This document shows, one piece after another, positions 1 through 10,209 of a stretch of DNA of 64,000 nucleotides. This DNA comes from Bryobacteraceae bacterium (GTDB taxonomy: Bacteria; Acidobacteriota; Terriglobia; Bryobacterales; Bryobacteraceae). The stretch spans positions 41,319-105,318 of the forward strand of contig DATNMW010000096.1 of assembly GCA_035602155.1 (NCBI GenBank), read 5' to 3'. Each line of letters opens with the position of its first letter. The stretch's first letter is position 1. Position numbers and translations under genes: made by a program. The notes beneath the pieces are model-generated. The model was given only the letters and a program-made list of their open reading frames with translations, was not told the DNA's origin and ran no database searches.

Positions 1-32
1 GGCAACGCAGAAGCTCTGGCGAGGGATCCGCA

Positions 33-2132
33 ATGCTGACGAACCCAAAACCCCTGTTGCTGGTCGACGACGACCCCACCAACCAGGACCTGCTGTCGCG
101 CCGCTTGAAGAGGGCCGGCTATGCGACAGAAGTGGCGGGCAGCGGTTACGAAGCGCTGGACGTGCTGGCCCGAAGGGAAGTGGAGTTGGTCCTGCTGGAC
201 AGCATGATGCCCGGCCTAAGCGGCATCGAGCTGCTGCGCCAGCTCCGGCAGCGGTTCTCGGCCACGCGGCTGCCCATCATTATGGTGACGGCCTTAGGCG
301 AGAGCGATCGGGTGGTCGAGGCATTGAGCCTGGGGGCCAACGATTACATATCCAAGCCTGTGGACTTTCCCGTGGCGCTGGCCCGCATCAAAGCCCAGCT
401 CGAACGCAAGCGCGCCGAGGAAGCCCTGCGCCAGAGCGAGGAGCGATACGCGCTGGCGGCGCGCGGAGCCAACGACGGCCTGTGGGACTGGGATCTCGAA
501 GCCCAGCGCGTATATTTCTCCACGCGGTGGAAATCCATGCTTGGCTACGAAGAGTCGGAAATCGGAGACAGTCCCGAGGAGTGGCTGTCCCGCGTGCATC
601 CGGAAGACCGGGCCGCGCTGCAAGCCGAATTGGCCGCGCACTGGGAGGCCACCGCTCACAAGGAATGCGCCATCGAGCATCGCGTCCTGCATGGCGACGG
701 CTCCTACCGGTGGATGTTGAGCCGTGGAGTGGCCGAGCGCGACGCACAGGGAAGGGCCATCCGCATGGCGGGATCGCAGACCGACATCACTGGCAGCAAG
801 GCGTTCGATCCGCTGACCGGGCTTCCCAACCGGACCCTCTTCCACGACAAGCTGGCGGCTTGTTTGGAACGCGTGGCCCGGGAACCCGGATACCCGTACG
901 CGGTGCTCTTCCTGGACCTTGACCGGTTCAAGGTGATCAACGACAGCCTGGGCCACATGGCCGGCGACGAGCTGTTGATCCATGTGGCGCAGCGCCTGCG
1001 GACGGCTGTGCGCAACGCACCGCCGGCTTCTCCGGCGATCCGCGGACCCGCGCACGATCTGATCGCCCGGTTGGGTGGCGACGAATTCGCCATCCTGCTG
1101 GAGAACGTGGATGCCGGCGGCGCTATCCGGATCGCCGAGCGTATTCACGAGTCGATCCACGGGGCCTTCCAACTGGAGAGCAAAGAAGTGTTCACCACGG
1201 CGAGTATCGGCATCGCTCCCGGCAACCGGGATTACCATACGCCGACCGAGATCCTGCGCGATGCGGACATCGCCATGTACAAAGCCAAGTCGCTGGGCAG
1301 ATCCCGCTTCGAGATTTTTGACGCGGGAATGCGGGCCCAGGCCGTGGCCCGCCTGGAACTCGAAAGCGGTCTGCGGCGCGCGGTCGATAATCGGGAGTTC
1401 GTGCTCTACTATCAGCCTAAGGTAAGCCTGAAGACCGGCAAGATCGTAGGCGCGGAAGCGCTCATCCGCTGGCGCCATCCGGTGCGCGGCATCGTTCCGC
1501 CGGACGAGTTCATTCCGCTGGCGGAAGAGACCGGCCTGATTGTGCCCATCGGCCTCTGGGTGCTGCGTGAGGCGTGCACCGCGATGCGGCGCTGGCATTC
1601 CGAGTTTCCCACCGTTCCGCCTCTCGAAGTCAGCGTGAACGTGTCCGTCCGGCAGTTCCGGGAGCCGGATCTGCACGCCCAGGTTGCCGCCATCCTGGCC
1701 GAGACGCAATTGGATCCGCGGACGCTGCAACTCGAGATCACCGAGAGCGTCCTGATGGACGATCTGGATGCCGTGGCCGGCTTGTTAGGCCGCCTGAAAA
1801 CCTTGGGCGTGGGTTTGAAGATCGACGACTTCGGAACCGGGTACGCCTCGCTCAAGTCCCTAAGCCGCCTGCCATTCGATGTGCTGAAGATCGACCGGTC
1901 GTTCGTGGTCAACATGTCCGGAAATGGGGGCACGGGCGAAACCATCCGCACTATCCTGCTGCTGGCGGAGAACTTGGGCATGGAAGTCGTCGCCGAAGGC
2001 ATCGAGAGGAAGGAGCAGCTCACGGAGCTGCAATCGCTCGACTGCGACTACGGTCAAGGGTATTATTTCTCGCCGCCCGTCGAGGCGGAAGCGCTGTCCG
2101 ATCTGATCCGCAAATCACGCGCCGAGGCGTAG
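33..2132 (+). CDS. Response-regulator receiver / PAS / GGDEF / EAL multidomain c-di-GMP turnover protein
   Basis: 699-aa ORF. N-terminal CheY-like receiver (LLVDDDPTNQDLL...DSMMPGLSG...SKP). PAS-like segment (WDWDLEAQRVYFS...HPEDR). GGDEF domain (RLGGDEFAILL). EAL domain (EALIRW, EITES, KIDRSF, QGYYFS). Confidence 0.9.
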   Translation: MLTNPKPLLLVDDDPTNQDLLSRRLKRAGYATEVAGSGYEALDVLARREVELVLLDSMMPGLSGIELLRQLRQRFSATRLPIIMVTALGESDRVVEALSLGANDYISKPVDFPVALARIKAQLERKRAEEALRQSEERYALAARGANDGLWDWDLEAQRVYFSTRWKSMLGYEESEIGDSPEEWLSRVHPEDRAALQAELAAHWEATAHKECAIEHRVLHGDGSYRWMLSRGVAERDAQGRAIRMAGSQTDITGSKAFDPLTGLPNRTLFHDKLAACLERVAREPGYPYAVLFLDLDRFKVINDSLGHMAGDELLIHVAQRLRTAVRNAPPASPAIRGPAHDLIARLGGDEFAILLENVDAGGAIRIAERIHESIHGAFQLESKEVFTTASIGIAPGNRDYHTPTEILRDADIAMYKAKSLGRSRFEIFDAGMRAQAVARLELESGLRRAVDNREFVLYYQPKVSLKTGKIVGAEALIRWRHPVRGIVPPDEFIPLAEETGLIVPIGLWVLREACTAMRRWHSEFPTVPPLEVSVNVSVRQFREPDLHAQVAAILAETQLDPRTLQLEITESVLMDDLDAVAGLLGRLKTLGVGLKIDDFGTGYASLKSLSRLPFDVLKIDRSFVVNMSGNGGTGETIRTILLLAENLGMEVVAEGIERKEQLTELQSLDCDYGQGYYFSPPVEAEALSDLIRKSRAEA

Positions 2133-2187
2133 TATCGAACGCACGCATTGCGCATCTCCTGTATACTTTGGAGATCAGGAGGGCACC

Positions 2188-5100
2188 GTGACCACCATGC
2201 CCCGCGCGTTGCGCTTTGCACTTGCCGCGATTTCCCTGGCGGCATGCAGCTTTTCTCTGCATGCCCAATTCAACACACCCGCAATCGATGGCGTCATCCA
2301 ACCGGGCGAATATGGCAACGCCCAGAACGGCACAAACCAGGTTGGAACCAACACCGGCCAAATCTGGTATATGACCTGGGACGCGTCGCGTCTCTACGTG
2401 GCCATCGCCAACGCCAATCCGGGCGAAGCGGCCGTCGTCTATATCGATGCGAATCCGGTGAATCCACCCAATAGCGGTACGAACGCCAATGGCAGTCTCG
2501 CCGGTTTCAAATACGACCAGGAGGCGATCGCCACGCTACCCTTCCGGGCGCAGTTCGTCACGTATTTCAAGACCGGCTACAACGAATATCGCAAGTCGGA
2601 TGGCGCCGACAACTGGGCCAATCCGGTTTCCAATTACGGAACGTATGCCTCCTTCGGCAGCGCCCGCGAGTTCGCCATCCCGTGGCAGGCCATTACAGGC
2701 GGCGGCATGCCCTCGGCGTTCCTGTTCCTCGGCCTGCTGACCTCCAGCGCCGGCTACGTCTACGGCCAGACTCCAAACGGCAACGCCGGCGGCATGCTGG
2801 GCACATTGGCGGCCTACAGCCAATATTTCGCCGTCAACAGCACCGCCAATGGCGCCGGCACGCCGCCGTTTTCCATAGCTAACTCGAGCAACGCGGTGAA
2901 TTTCTCAGCGCTGTACCACAATACGTTCGATCCCTACTATCGCAGCCAGGAAGGCGCGGTCCCGGCGGGCGCCACGGTGACGCTCCGGCTGCGCACGGCG
3001 CACCTGGGCGCGACCGCCGCAAATCTGCGGGTCTATCTCTTCGATACCGCCTCGGGCAATACCGCCGGAGCCGCCGATTCGCCAATGGCTTTCCTCGAAA
3101 CCAAAACCGTCAATGGGACGCTCTACGACGAATACACCATCAACTACGCCACCCCCGCGACGCCCGCCGTGGTCTACTACAAATTCGCCATCTTCAACGG
3201 CGCGGGCGCGGCATTCTACAGCGACGATTACATCGACGACTACGACAACCTGAATAAGGATGGCCCCGGCGCGGCCGCCGCCACCGAGCCTTTGAATGCA
3301 TTCCAGATTACGGCTTACGACCCCAAGTTCCAGACCCCCGCCTGGATGGCCAACGCCAATGTCTACCAGATCTTCCCGGACCGCTTCCGCAACGGCGACC
3401 CCACCAACGACTACTGCGTGCCGGGAAGCACGTCCGGCTGCCCCTCGCTTTACGGCGCTGCCCCCGGCAGCAACCTGGCGGTCACCACCTGGAACACGCA
3501 GCTATGCGATCCGAACCAGGCGGGCCTTCCTTGCTATCAGAACGCCAGCAGCACCTTCTACGGCGGCGACCTGCTCGGCATCCAAAACGAGCTGGATTAT
3601 ATTCAGGGCCTGGGCTTCGATACCTTGTATCTGACTCCCATCTTCTACGCCAACTCCAATCACCGCTACGATACCGACGACTTTCTGAACATCGATCCGG
3701 CGCTGGGCGGCAACGCCGCGCTGAGCTCGCTGGTAACTGCCATGAACCAGCGGGGCATGCGCCTAATCTTCGACGGAACCTTCGAGGACGCCTCCTCCGA
3801 CAGCACCTATTTCAATCTGTATGGCAAGTTCCCCACAGTTGGGGCCTGCCAGTCCCTGACCTCTCAGTTCCGGCCATGGTTCCAATTCACGAACAACACC
3901 GTGCCATGCACTACCTCCGGCTACAACGGATGGGCCGGATTGAGCAGCCTGCCGCTGGTGGACCCCGCGCAACCCGCCGTCCAGCAATTCTTCTACAGCG
4001 GAACGCCCAGCAATCCCGACAACGTGGTGTTGCATTGGTACAACGCCGGCGCCGCCGGATGGCGCTTCGACAGCGCGCCAAACCTCCCAAATTCCTTCTG
4101 GCATGCATTACGCGCCTCCGCGAAGAGCTACAACGCCAACGGCCCGCTGATCGGCGAGATCTGGTTCAATGCCAGCCAGTGGCTGGCCGGCGATCAAATG
4201 GATTCGGTGATGAACTACCGATTCCGCCGTAACGTCACCGGTTTCGTGCGCTGGCCTTACAACTGGGTCGACGACAATGACAACGGCAGCCAGGCCATCG
4301 TTCCCCTTACGCCCAGCCAGTTCGACACGGCGAACCGGGCCGTGCGCGACGACTATCCGCTGCAAGCAACCGCGGCCATGCTCGACCTGATCGATTCGCA
4401 CGACACCAATCGCGCGTTGTACGTGATGACCGAGTTGGGCGACAACGGGCTGGTGCAGGCCAAACAACGGCTCATGCTGGCCGCGCTATTTCAGTTCACT
4501 TACATCGGCGCGCCTACTGTTTATTATGGCGATGAGGCCGCCATCAATGCGCCCTCTCTGTTCAATGGCCCGAACGGTCCGAAGGGCGATCCCTATTGCC
4601 GCGCTCCTTATCCGTGGACCGATCAGGCCGGCAGCCCCAGCGTCTACGGCCCGCCGGACCAGAGCGTGATCGCTTACTATACGTCGCTGGGCCACCTGCG
4701 CAAGCAACACGCGTCGCTGGTGAGCGGAGCTTTCGTCACGCTGCTTACCGGCGACACGCAGCAGGCCTCGACCGCGTCGAATACCTACGCATATGCGCGC
4801 TCCATTCCGGGCGGCGAGACAGCCGTTGTTGCGCTGAACAATAGCTCCAGCGCGAATACGCCGGTAATTCCGGTAGGCGCGTATTATCCCGACGGAACCG
4901 TGCTGCAAGATGCGATCGGCGGCGCCACTTACACAGTCTCCGGCGGCAATGTGAGTCTAACCTTGAACGCAATTAGCGGCGTTCTGCTGCTGCCCGCGCC
5001 CGCTACCGCGGACCTGACGCCTCCCACGGCGATCTTCCGCCTGACTCCAGCAGCGAACGGCATGTCGGTCAAAATCACCGCCAGCGACTCTGGGAGCGGC

Positions 5101-5313
5101 GTCAGCCAAATTTTCTACTGGGTGGATGGCGGTGCGGCGACCAGCGTGGCGGCATCCACCGCTACCGTCAACGTAACCGGCGCCGGCGCGCACACCCTAG
5201 GCGTACGGGTCCTCGATAGCGCCGGTAACATCAGCCGGCAATATACGCAGGCAGTGAATATCGATCCAGCCCCGCCGGCTGCTACCGCGCGTGCGGTACC
5301 AGCCGCACCGTAA
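2188..5313 (+). CDS. Secreted GH13 (alpha-amylase family) glycoside hydrolase with N-terminal carbohydrate-binding-like domain and C-terminal Ig-like repeat
   Basis: 1041-aa ORF with a signal-peptide-like N-terminus (ALAAISLAACSFSLHAQ). GH13 signatures: VYQIFPDRFRNGD, GGDLLGI, GFDTLYLTPIF, DGTFED, GWRFDSAPN, IGEIW, DSHDTNR. C-terminal ITASDSGSGVSQIFYWVDG Ig-like segment. Confidence 0.85.
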   Translation: MTTMPRALRFALAAISLAACSFSLHAQFNTPAIDGVIQPGEYGNAQNGTNQVGTNTGQIWYMTWDASRLYVAIANANPGEAAVVYIDANPVNPPNSGTNANGSLAGFKYDQEAIATLPFRAQFVTYFKTGYNEYRKSDGADNWANPVSNYGTYASFGSAREFAIPWQAITGGGMPSAFLFLGLLTSSAGYVYGQTPNGNAGGMLGTLAAYSQYFAVNSTANGAGTPPFSIANSSNAVNFSALYHNTFDPYYRSQEGAVPAGATVTLRLRTAHLGATAANLRVYLFDTASGNTAGAADSPMAFLETKTVNGTLYDEYTINYATPATPAVVYYKFAIFNGAGAAFYSDDYIDDYDNLNKDGPGAAAATEPLNAFQITAYDPKFQTPAWMANANVYQIFPDRFRNGDPTNDYCVPGSTSGCPSLYGAAPGSNLAVTTWNTQLCDPNQAGLPCYQNASSTFYGGDLLGIQNELDYIQGLGFDTLYLTPIFYANSNHRYDTDDFLNIDPALGGNAALSSLVTAMNQRGMRLIFDGTFEDASSDSTYFNLYGKFPTVGACQSLTSQFRPWFQFTNNTVPCTTSGYNGWAGLSSLPLVDPAQPAVQQFFYSGTPSNPDNVVLHWYNAGAAGWRFDSAPNLPNSFWHALRASAKSYNANGPLIGEIWFNASQWLAGDQMDSVMNYRFRRNVTGFVRWPYNWVDDNDNGSQAIVPLTPSQFDTANRAVRDDYPLQATAAMLDLIDSHDTNRALYVMTELGDNGLVQAKQRLMLAALFQFTYIGAPTVYYGDEAAINAPSLFNGPNGPKGDPYCRAPYPWTDQAGSPSVYGPPDQSVIAYYTSLGHLRKQHASLVSGAFVTLLTGDTQQASTASNTYAYARSIPGGETAVVALNNSSSANTPVIPVGAYYPDGTVLQDAIGGATYTVSGGNVSLTLNAISGVLLLPAPATADLTPPTAIFRLTPAANGMSVKITASDSGSGVSQIFYWVDGGAATSVAASTATVNVTGAGAHTLGVRVLDSAGNISRQYTQAVNIDPAPPAATARAVPAAP

Positions 5314-6445
5314 CTTTGGCGGGCGAGACGCGCTCCATCACAATCCCCGGCGGCAGGTTGACGTTCCCCGCATCGACCGGCAGATTCAGCGTCCCGGCGC
5401 TCGCGCCGCGAAGATTGAAACTAGCCACCAACCGCGTCAGGCCGACTGAATCCATCAACCACGCGCTGCCGCGCACTTGCACATCCAGGCGCTCGGTGGG
5501 CGTCGAGATGTCCATGCCCACAGGCACGCTGACAAACTGGACCGGTACGCTAACCGTGCGCACTGTGGTCCCGGTTGAAAGTACCGATGTGCTCCAAATC
5601 GCCGCCGCCAGACCCAGCGCGGCAAGTTTGACCGCCACGTTCGATAAGAACCACTGCCGCATCCTGCTTCGCAGGCCGTCCGCCGGCTGCGCGCAGAGTT
5701 TCTCCAGCATCTGCGCCAGCTTGGGCTGGTCGTCTAAGCGGACGATGCGGCCCGCCTCCATCAAGCTCACCTCGCCGCGTTCCTCGGAAACCACCACCAC
5801 CAGCGCATCGCAGCGCTCGGAAAGCCCCATGCCCGCGCGATGCCGCGTGCCGTAGTAGCTGGGCACCCGCTCGCGTTCGGTCAGCGGCAGCACGGCGGCC
5901 GCGCGCACAATGCGGTCGCCGCGAACGATCACCGCGCCGTCGTGGACCGGCGAAGTCTTCTGGAAAATCGCTTCCAGGATTTCGGGGGAAACCCCGGCTT
6001 CCAGCACGATGCCCCCGCCGACCAATTCCGTCACGGCGTTGCGGCGCACAATCACAATCAGCGCGCCCACGGACGCGCCGGCTAAACGGAAGGCCGCCTG
6101 GGCGATCGACTGGTAGGTCTCGTTCAACCTGGACGCCGCTTGCGACCGCCAGCTCAGCAGGCTGTCGAGCCGCATGAAAAAGCGCCGCAACTCGGCCTGG
6201 AAAACCAGCAGTAGCACCACGATCGCCAGGATGGCCGCGCCGTCCAGCACCCAGCTAGTAAGGACCAAGTCGAAATGCCGCGACACCAAAGCTCCGGCGT
6301 GCAGCCCGAGCACCACCAGGGCCACCCGCAAGGCCCGCGCCTGTTGCGCCCACCGCAGCAGGATATACAGCGCGGCCGTCAATACTACGAAATCCACCGC
6401 GCTTTGCCAACGCACCAGAATAAAAGGAATCATTTGTCTTTCCAA
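5282..6445 (-). CDS. cdaA: Diadenylate cyclase (CdaA/DisA_N type) with three N-terminal TM helices and a fused C-terminal YbbR-like domain
   Basis: 387-aa ORF with a hydrophobic N-terminus. DAC motifs HDGAVIV and YYGTRHRAG...VVVVSEERGEVSL. The C-terminal ~120 aa (VSVPVQFVSVPVGMDIS...VQVRGSAW) resembles YbbR repeats. The 3-prime end overlaps the GH13 gene convergently by 32 nt. Confidence 0.8.
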   Translation of the reverse strand: MERQMIPFILVRWQSAVDFVVLTAALYILLRWAQQARALRVALVVLGLHAGALVSRHFDLVLTSWVLDGAAILAIVVLLLVFQAELRRFFMRLDSLLSWRSQAASRLNETYQSIAQAAFRLAGASVGALIVIVRRNAVTELVGGGIVLEAGVSPEILEAIFQKTSPVHDGAVIVRGDRIVRAAAVLPLTERERVPSYYGTRHRAGMGLSERCDALVVVVSEERGEVSLMEAGRIVRLDDQPKLAQMLEKLCAQPADGLRSRMRQWFLSNVAVKLAALGLAAAIWSTSVLSTGTTVRTVSVPVQFVSVPVGMDISTPTERLDVQVRGSAWLMDSVGLTRLVASFNLRGASAGTLNLPVDAGNVNLPPGIVMERVSPAKVTVRLVPHAR

Positions 6446-6574
6446 TATCCTCCCATGCGCGGCGAACTACAACGGTTGCCGTAACCTCGGCGCAACGCGT
6501 GTCGTCTTTTAATGGAATCCACAGATATCCGGCCCCTTGCGGCGCCACCGATTGCGGCCGGTTCCGAATACAAG

Positions 6575-9412
6575 ATGAAAACTTCCCTTTTCCCGTTGGC
6601 CCTAATAGTTCTATCTCTTCCCCTTTGTGCGCAGACTGCCGCGTTGCGCGGCCAAGTTATGGATGAAACCGGCGCGGTCGTGCCTGGCGCAACCGTCACG
6701 CTCAACGGGCCGTCCGGCTTGGCCAAGACCGCCGCGTCCGGCAACGACGGATCGTACTCGTTCATCGGATTGCCTTCGGGCAGCTACATGGTTCGCGTTT
6801 CCGCGCCTGACCTTACGCAGGCCCTGCCGGTCAAGATCGTGCTGCAGTCCGGCGCGCAATCCCTAAACCTGAAAATGAAAGTAGCCTCGGTGACGCAGCA
6901 GGTGACGGTACAGGAGAGTGGCGGCCCCAGCGTCTCCACCGACCCTTCCAGCAACTCCACCGCCACGGTTCTGCGCGGCGACGATTTGCAGGCGCTCTCC
7001 GACGATCCCGACGATTTGCAATCGGACTTGCAGGCGCTGGCCGGCCCCTCCGCCGGTCCCGATGGCGGCGAAATCTACGTTGACGGGTTCAGCGGCGGCC
7101 AACTCCCCTCTAAGGACTCCATCCGCGAAGTGCGCATCAACCAAAATCCCTTCTCGCCCGAGTACTCCAAACTCGGATACGGACGCATCGAGATCCTCAC
7201 CAAGCCGGGTACGGATAAGTTGCGCGGCCAAGCCTTCTTCAACTTCGGCGACGACACTTTCAATTCGCGAAATCCTTACGCCGGACAGAAGGCGCCGTTC
7301 CAAGTGGAGGAATTCGGCGGCACGGTCAGCGGGCCGCTGGGCAAGCACGCCTCTTTCATCCTGGATGCCGAGCGGCGGGATATCGACAATGGCTCCGTCA
7401 TCGACGCGGTGACGCTCGATCCGCAGACCTACGCGATCAATCCGTACACCGGTGTGTTGATCGCTCCGCAACACCGTCTGCGCGTCAGTCCGCGCGTGGA
7501 TTATCAACTGGGCCAAAACAATACCTTGATATTCCGTTACGGCTTCACGCGCAACGACGCCAACGACCAGGGCATCGGCGGTTTCAACCTGCCGACGCGC
7601 GGATATTACACGCTGGAGCAGGACCACACAGTCCAGATCACCGACACCGCGGTGCTGGGGCCAAGTACGGTGAACGAGACGCGCTTCCAGTTCTTCCACG
7701 AAGAGAACGAGCAGCTTTCCAATAGCGCCGCGCCGGCCATTCTGGTGCTTGATTCTTTCAATACCGGCGGGGCCCAAACGGGCCGCAGCATCGACAACGA
7801 GAATTACTATGAGATGACCAACATTACGACCATCGTCAAAGGCGCGCATACCTGGAAGTTCGGCGCCCGCGCGCGCGGCCAGACAGTGGATAACACGTCG
7901 CCGGTGAACTTTGGCGGCACGTTCACTTTCGCCGGCGGCCTGGCGCCCGAGTTGGACGCCCAAAATCAGGAAGTGCTGGATGCCTCCGGCCAGCCCGTGA
8001 TGACGTCCATCACGTCGATTCAGCAGTATCAACGGGCGCTACAGGGCCTGCCCGGCGGAGGCGCGACGCAGTTCAGCATAGCAGCCGGAACTCCTTTTCT
8101 GGCCGTCGACCAGGCGGATGTGGGGGCTTTCGTGGGCGACGACTGGCGGGTACGCCCCAATGTCACGCTCAGCCTGGGTCTGCGCTACGAGATGCAAACC
8201 AACATTAGCGACGCGCGGGATTTCGCGCCCCGGTTGGGCTTCGCCTGGGCGCCCGGATCGAAGCAGATCGGCATGCATCCCAAGTTCGTCATTCGCGGCG
8301 GATTCGGCATGTTCTACTCGCGCTTCGACATCTCCAACATCGAAACCGCCGAACGCTACAACGGGATCGTGCAGCAGGAATACATCGTCAACAATCCGAC
8401 TTTCTTCCCCACTATCCCGACCATCGCGCAACTGCTGGCCATGCCGGGGATTCAGTCTACGCAGACTATTCAGGAGCTTAGCTCCACATTGCGCGCGCCG
8501 TACATCATGCAGTCGGCGATCACCGTGGAACGCCAGGTGGTGAGCAATACGACAGTCTCGGTCACTTACACGAACTCACACGGACTGCACATGCTGCGTT
8601 CCGAGGAATTCAACGCGCCGGGGCCGGTCTATCTAATGGAGTCTTCCGGACTCTATAACCAGAACCAACTGATTACCAACGTCAACTCCCGGATGAACAA
8701 TAACTTTTCGCTGTTCGGCTATTACACGTTGAATTACGCCATGAGCAACACCGATGGGCTCGGCACCTTCCCGGCGAAGCCTTACAGCATGGTGGGCGAG
8801 TACGGCCCTGCCGCCACGGACGTTCGCAATCGCCTGTTCGTGGGCGGCTCGTTGAACACCAAGTGGAACGTGCGGCTGAGTCCGTTTATTGTGGTGCAAT
8901 CCGGCGCGCCGTATAACATCACCGTCGGTGAGGACATCTATGGCGATACTCTGTTCAACGCGCGCCCGGGCATTCCCACGGACCTGAACAAGCCCGGCCT
9001 GATCGACACGGTGTACGGCTGGCTCGATCCGAATCCCACGCCCGGAGAACAGCTTCTGCCGCGCAACTACGGACGGGGACCCGGCCTGATCTCGGTGAAC
9101 GCGCGGCTGGGCAAGACCTGGGGCTTCGGACCTGAGCGGGAAGGCGCCGGTGGAGCGGCGAGCGCTTTGGGGGCAGGCCATAATTCCGGATTTCACAGTA
9201 TCTTCTCGGATGTCTCGACCGGCAGGCGCTATAACCTGACTGCCTCGATTTCCGCACGCAACCTGTTGAACCATGTGAATGAAGGCCCCATCGTCGGCCA
9301 GATCACATCTCCGCTGTTCGGCGAGGCGAATTCCGTAGCCGGCGGGTACGGGGCATACGCTGAAACGGCTAACAACCGGCGGCTGGAGCTGCAGATGCGG
9401 TTTACGTTTTAG
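6575..9412 (+). CDS. TonB-dependent-receptor-like outer membrane protein with carboxypeptidase regulatory-like N-terminal domain
   Basis: The ORF track gives 6512..9412. The likely start is MKTSLFPLALIVLSLPLCAQ (signal peptide) at 6575. CarboxypepD_reg-like segment LRGQVMDETGAVVPGATVTL...GSYSFIGLPSGSYMVRVSA. Long beta-barrel-like remainder ending in aromatic ...LQMRFTF. Confidence 0.8.
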   Translation: MKTSLFPLALIVLSLPLCAQTAALRGQVMDETGAVVPGATVTLNGPSGLAKTAASGNDGSYSFIGLPSGSYMVRVSAPDLTQALPVKIVLQSGAQSLNLKMKVASVTQQVTVQESGGPSVSTDPSSNSTATVLRGDDLQALSDDPDDLQSDLQALAGPSAGPDGGEIYVDGFSGGQLPSKDSIREVRINQNPFSPEYSKLGYGRIEILTKPGTDKLRGQAFFNFGDDTFNSRNPYAGQKAPFQVEEFGGTVSGPLGKHASFILDAERRDIDNGSVIDAVTLDPQTYAINPYTGVLIAPQHRLRVSPRVDYQLGQNNTLIFRYGFTRNDANDQGIGGFNLPTRGYYTLEQDHTVQITDTAVLGPSTVNETRFQFFHEENEQLSNSAAPAILVLDSFNTGGAQTGRSIDNENYYEMTNITTIVKGAHTWKFGARARGQTVDNTSPVNFGGTFTFAGGLAPELDAQNQEVLDASGQPVMTSITSIQQYQRALQGLPGGGATQFSIAAGTPFLAVDQADVGAFVGDDWRVRPNVTLSLGLRYEMQTNISDARDFAPRLGFAWAPGSKQIGMHPKFVIRGGFGMFYSRFDISNIETAERYNGIVQQEYIVNNPTFFPTIPTIAQLLAMPGIQSTQTIQELSSTLRAPYIMQSAITVERQVVSNTTVSVTYTNSHGLHMLRSEEFNAPGPVYLMESSGLYNQNQLITNVNSRMNNNFSLFGYYTLNYAMSNTDGLGTFPAKPYSMVGEYGPAATDVRNRLFVGGSLNTKWNVRLSPFIVVQSGAPYNITVGEDIYGDTLFNARPGIPTDLNKPGLIDTVYGWLDPNPTPGEQLLPRNYGRGPGLISVNARLGKTWGFGPEREGAGGAASALGAGHNSGFHSIFSDVSTGRRYNLTASISARNLLNHVNEGPIVGQITSPLFGEANSVAGGYGAYAETANNRRLELQMRFTF

Positions 9413-9884
9413 GCTTGGACTTGTCTTCCTTCATTTGCTCCTGAATGCGCTTCAAATCTTCGAGGTCGGTGCTACGTGCGGCCGCCTGTTTATTGGCGAT
9501 AAGATCGTCTAACGAAATGAAGTGCACCGGAACGCCGAACATGGCGCTTGCGATCCTGCTTCGCCATGCCAAAGCAAATTGAACTCCGCTGATTCGCGTC
9601 AGAATGTCTATTCGGACAGGGGCCACGCCCATCTGATACACGATGCCTTCTTGCGTGAAGGTCTCCGCTGTGATTCCATCGTCCTGCAAAGGCGCGCCGA
9701 ACTTCGCCAGCGCTCGAAATAATCTCGCCGCATTCGGCGGTGAGCTATCAACCCATACATCCAGGTCTTTCGTATAGCGCGGCTCGGTGTACTTCATCAC
9801 CGCGTAACCACCCACGATGAGATACTCAACCCGATAGTCGTCTAAGACTTGTAACAGTTCTTTGAAATGTGGGCTCTCTGTCAT
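9402..9884 (-). CDS. Nucleotidyltransferase-fold protein (MNT/AbiEii-like), putative toxin-antitoxin component
   Basis: 160-aa ORF. The motif YLIVGGYAVMKYTEPRYTKDLDVWV is typical of minimal nucleotidyltransferase folds. It is paired with a small upstream ORF. Confidence 0.5.
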   Translation of the reverse strand: MTESPHFKELLQVLDDYRVEYLIVGGYAVMKYTEPRYTKDLDVWVDSSPPNAARLFRALAKFGAPLQDDGITAETFTQEGIVYQMGVAPVRIDILTRISGVQFALAWRSRIASAMFGVPVHFISLDDLIANKQAAARSTDLEDLKRIQEQMKEDKSKPKT

Positions 9885-10041
9885 GTTTGATGCGCTCCGC
9901 TAGCTCCACCATTTCCCATGCTGCCCGGAAGATAGCTTCATCGCCCTGGGCCTGCCAGAACTCGACATCGAATTCACGACCGGGGAACCCGCCCTTGACG
10001 AGCCGGGTTTTCCATTTTGGTTTCTGGGCGATGTCCATCAT
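9826..10041 (-). CDS. Small hypothetical protein, possible partner of the nucleotidyltransferase-fold protein
   Basis: 71-aa ORF immediately upstream on the same strand. It overlaps the downstream gene by 59 nt. No recognisable motif. Confidence 0.35.
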   Translation of the reverse strand: MMDIAQKPKWKTRLVKGGFPGREFDVEFWQAQGDEAIFRAAWEMVELAERIKHDREPTFQRTVTSLRRLSG

Positions 10042-10209
10042 ACTAGTGTACCAACCCGGCCATCACGCGCAGCGGACGAGGCGATCGGGCCTGAATCCCG
10101 GGTCCACGCGGAGCAGGCCGGTGAAGCTTTTCACCAGCAGGCCCGCGCCGATGGTCAGCTGCACGGAAACCGCCACTTCGCCGACGATCAACAGGTCGCG
10201 CGTTCGCCG

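Noticed and set aside
294-1730. Long antisense ORFs opposite well-supported genes. Examples: 294..1730(-), 6863..8032(-), 11942..13456(-), 21875..23014(+), 24391..25485(+), 26663..27826(-), 36051..36896(-), 46334..47305(-), 49125..50534(+), 52919..54172(-).
   Set aside because: These are typical high-GC shadow ORFs. Their Arg/Ala/Gly/Pro-rich translations have no motifs, and each lies fully inside a gene on the other strand that carries clear family signatures.
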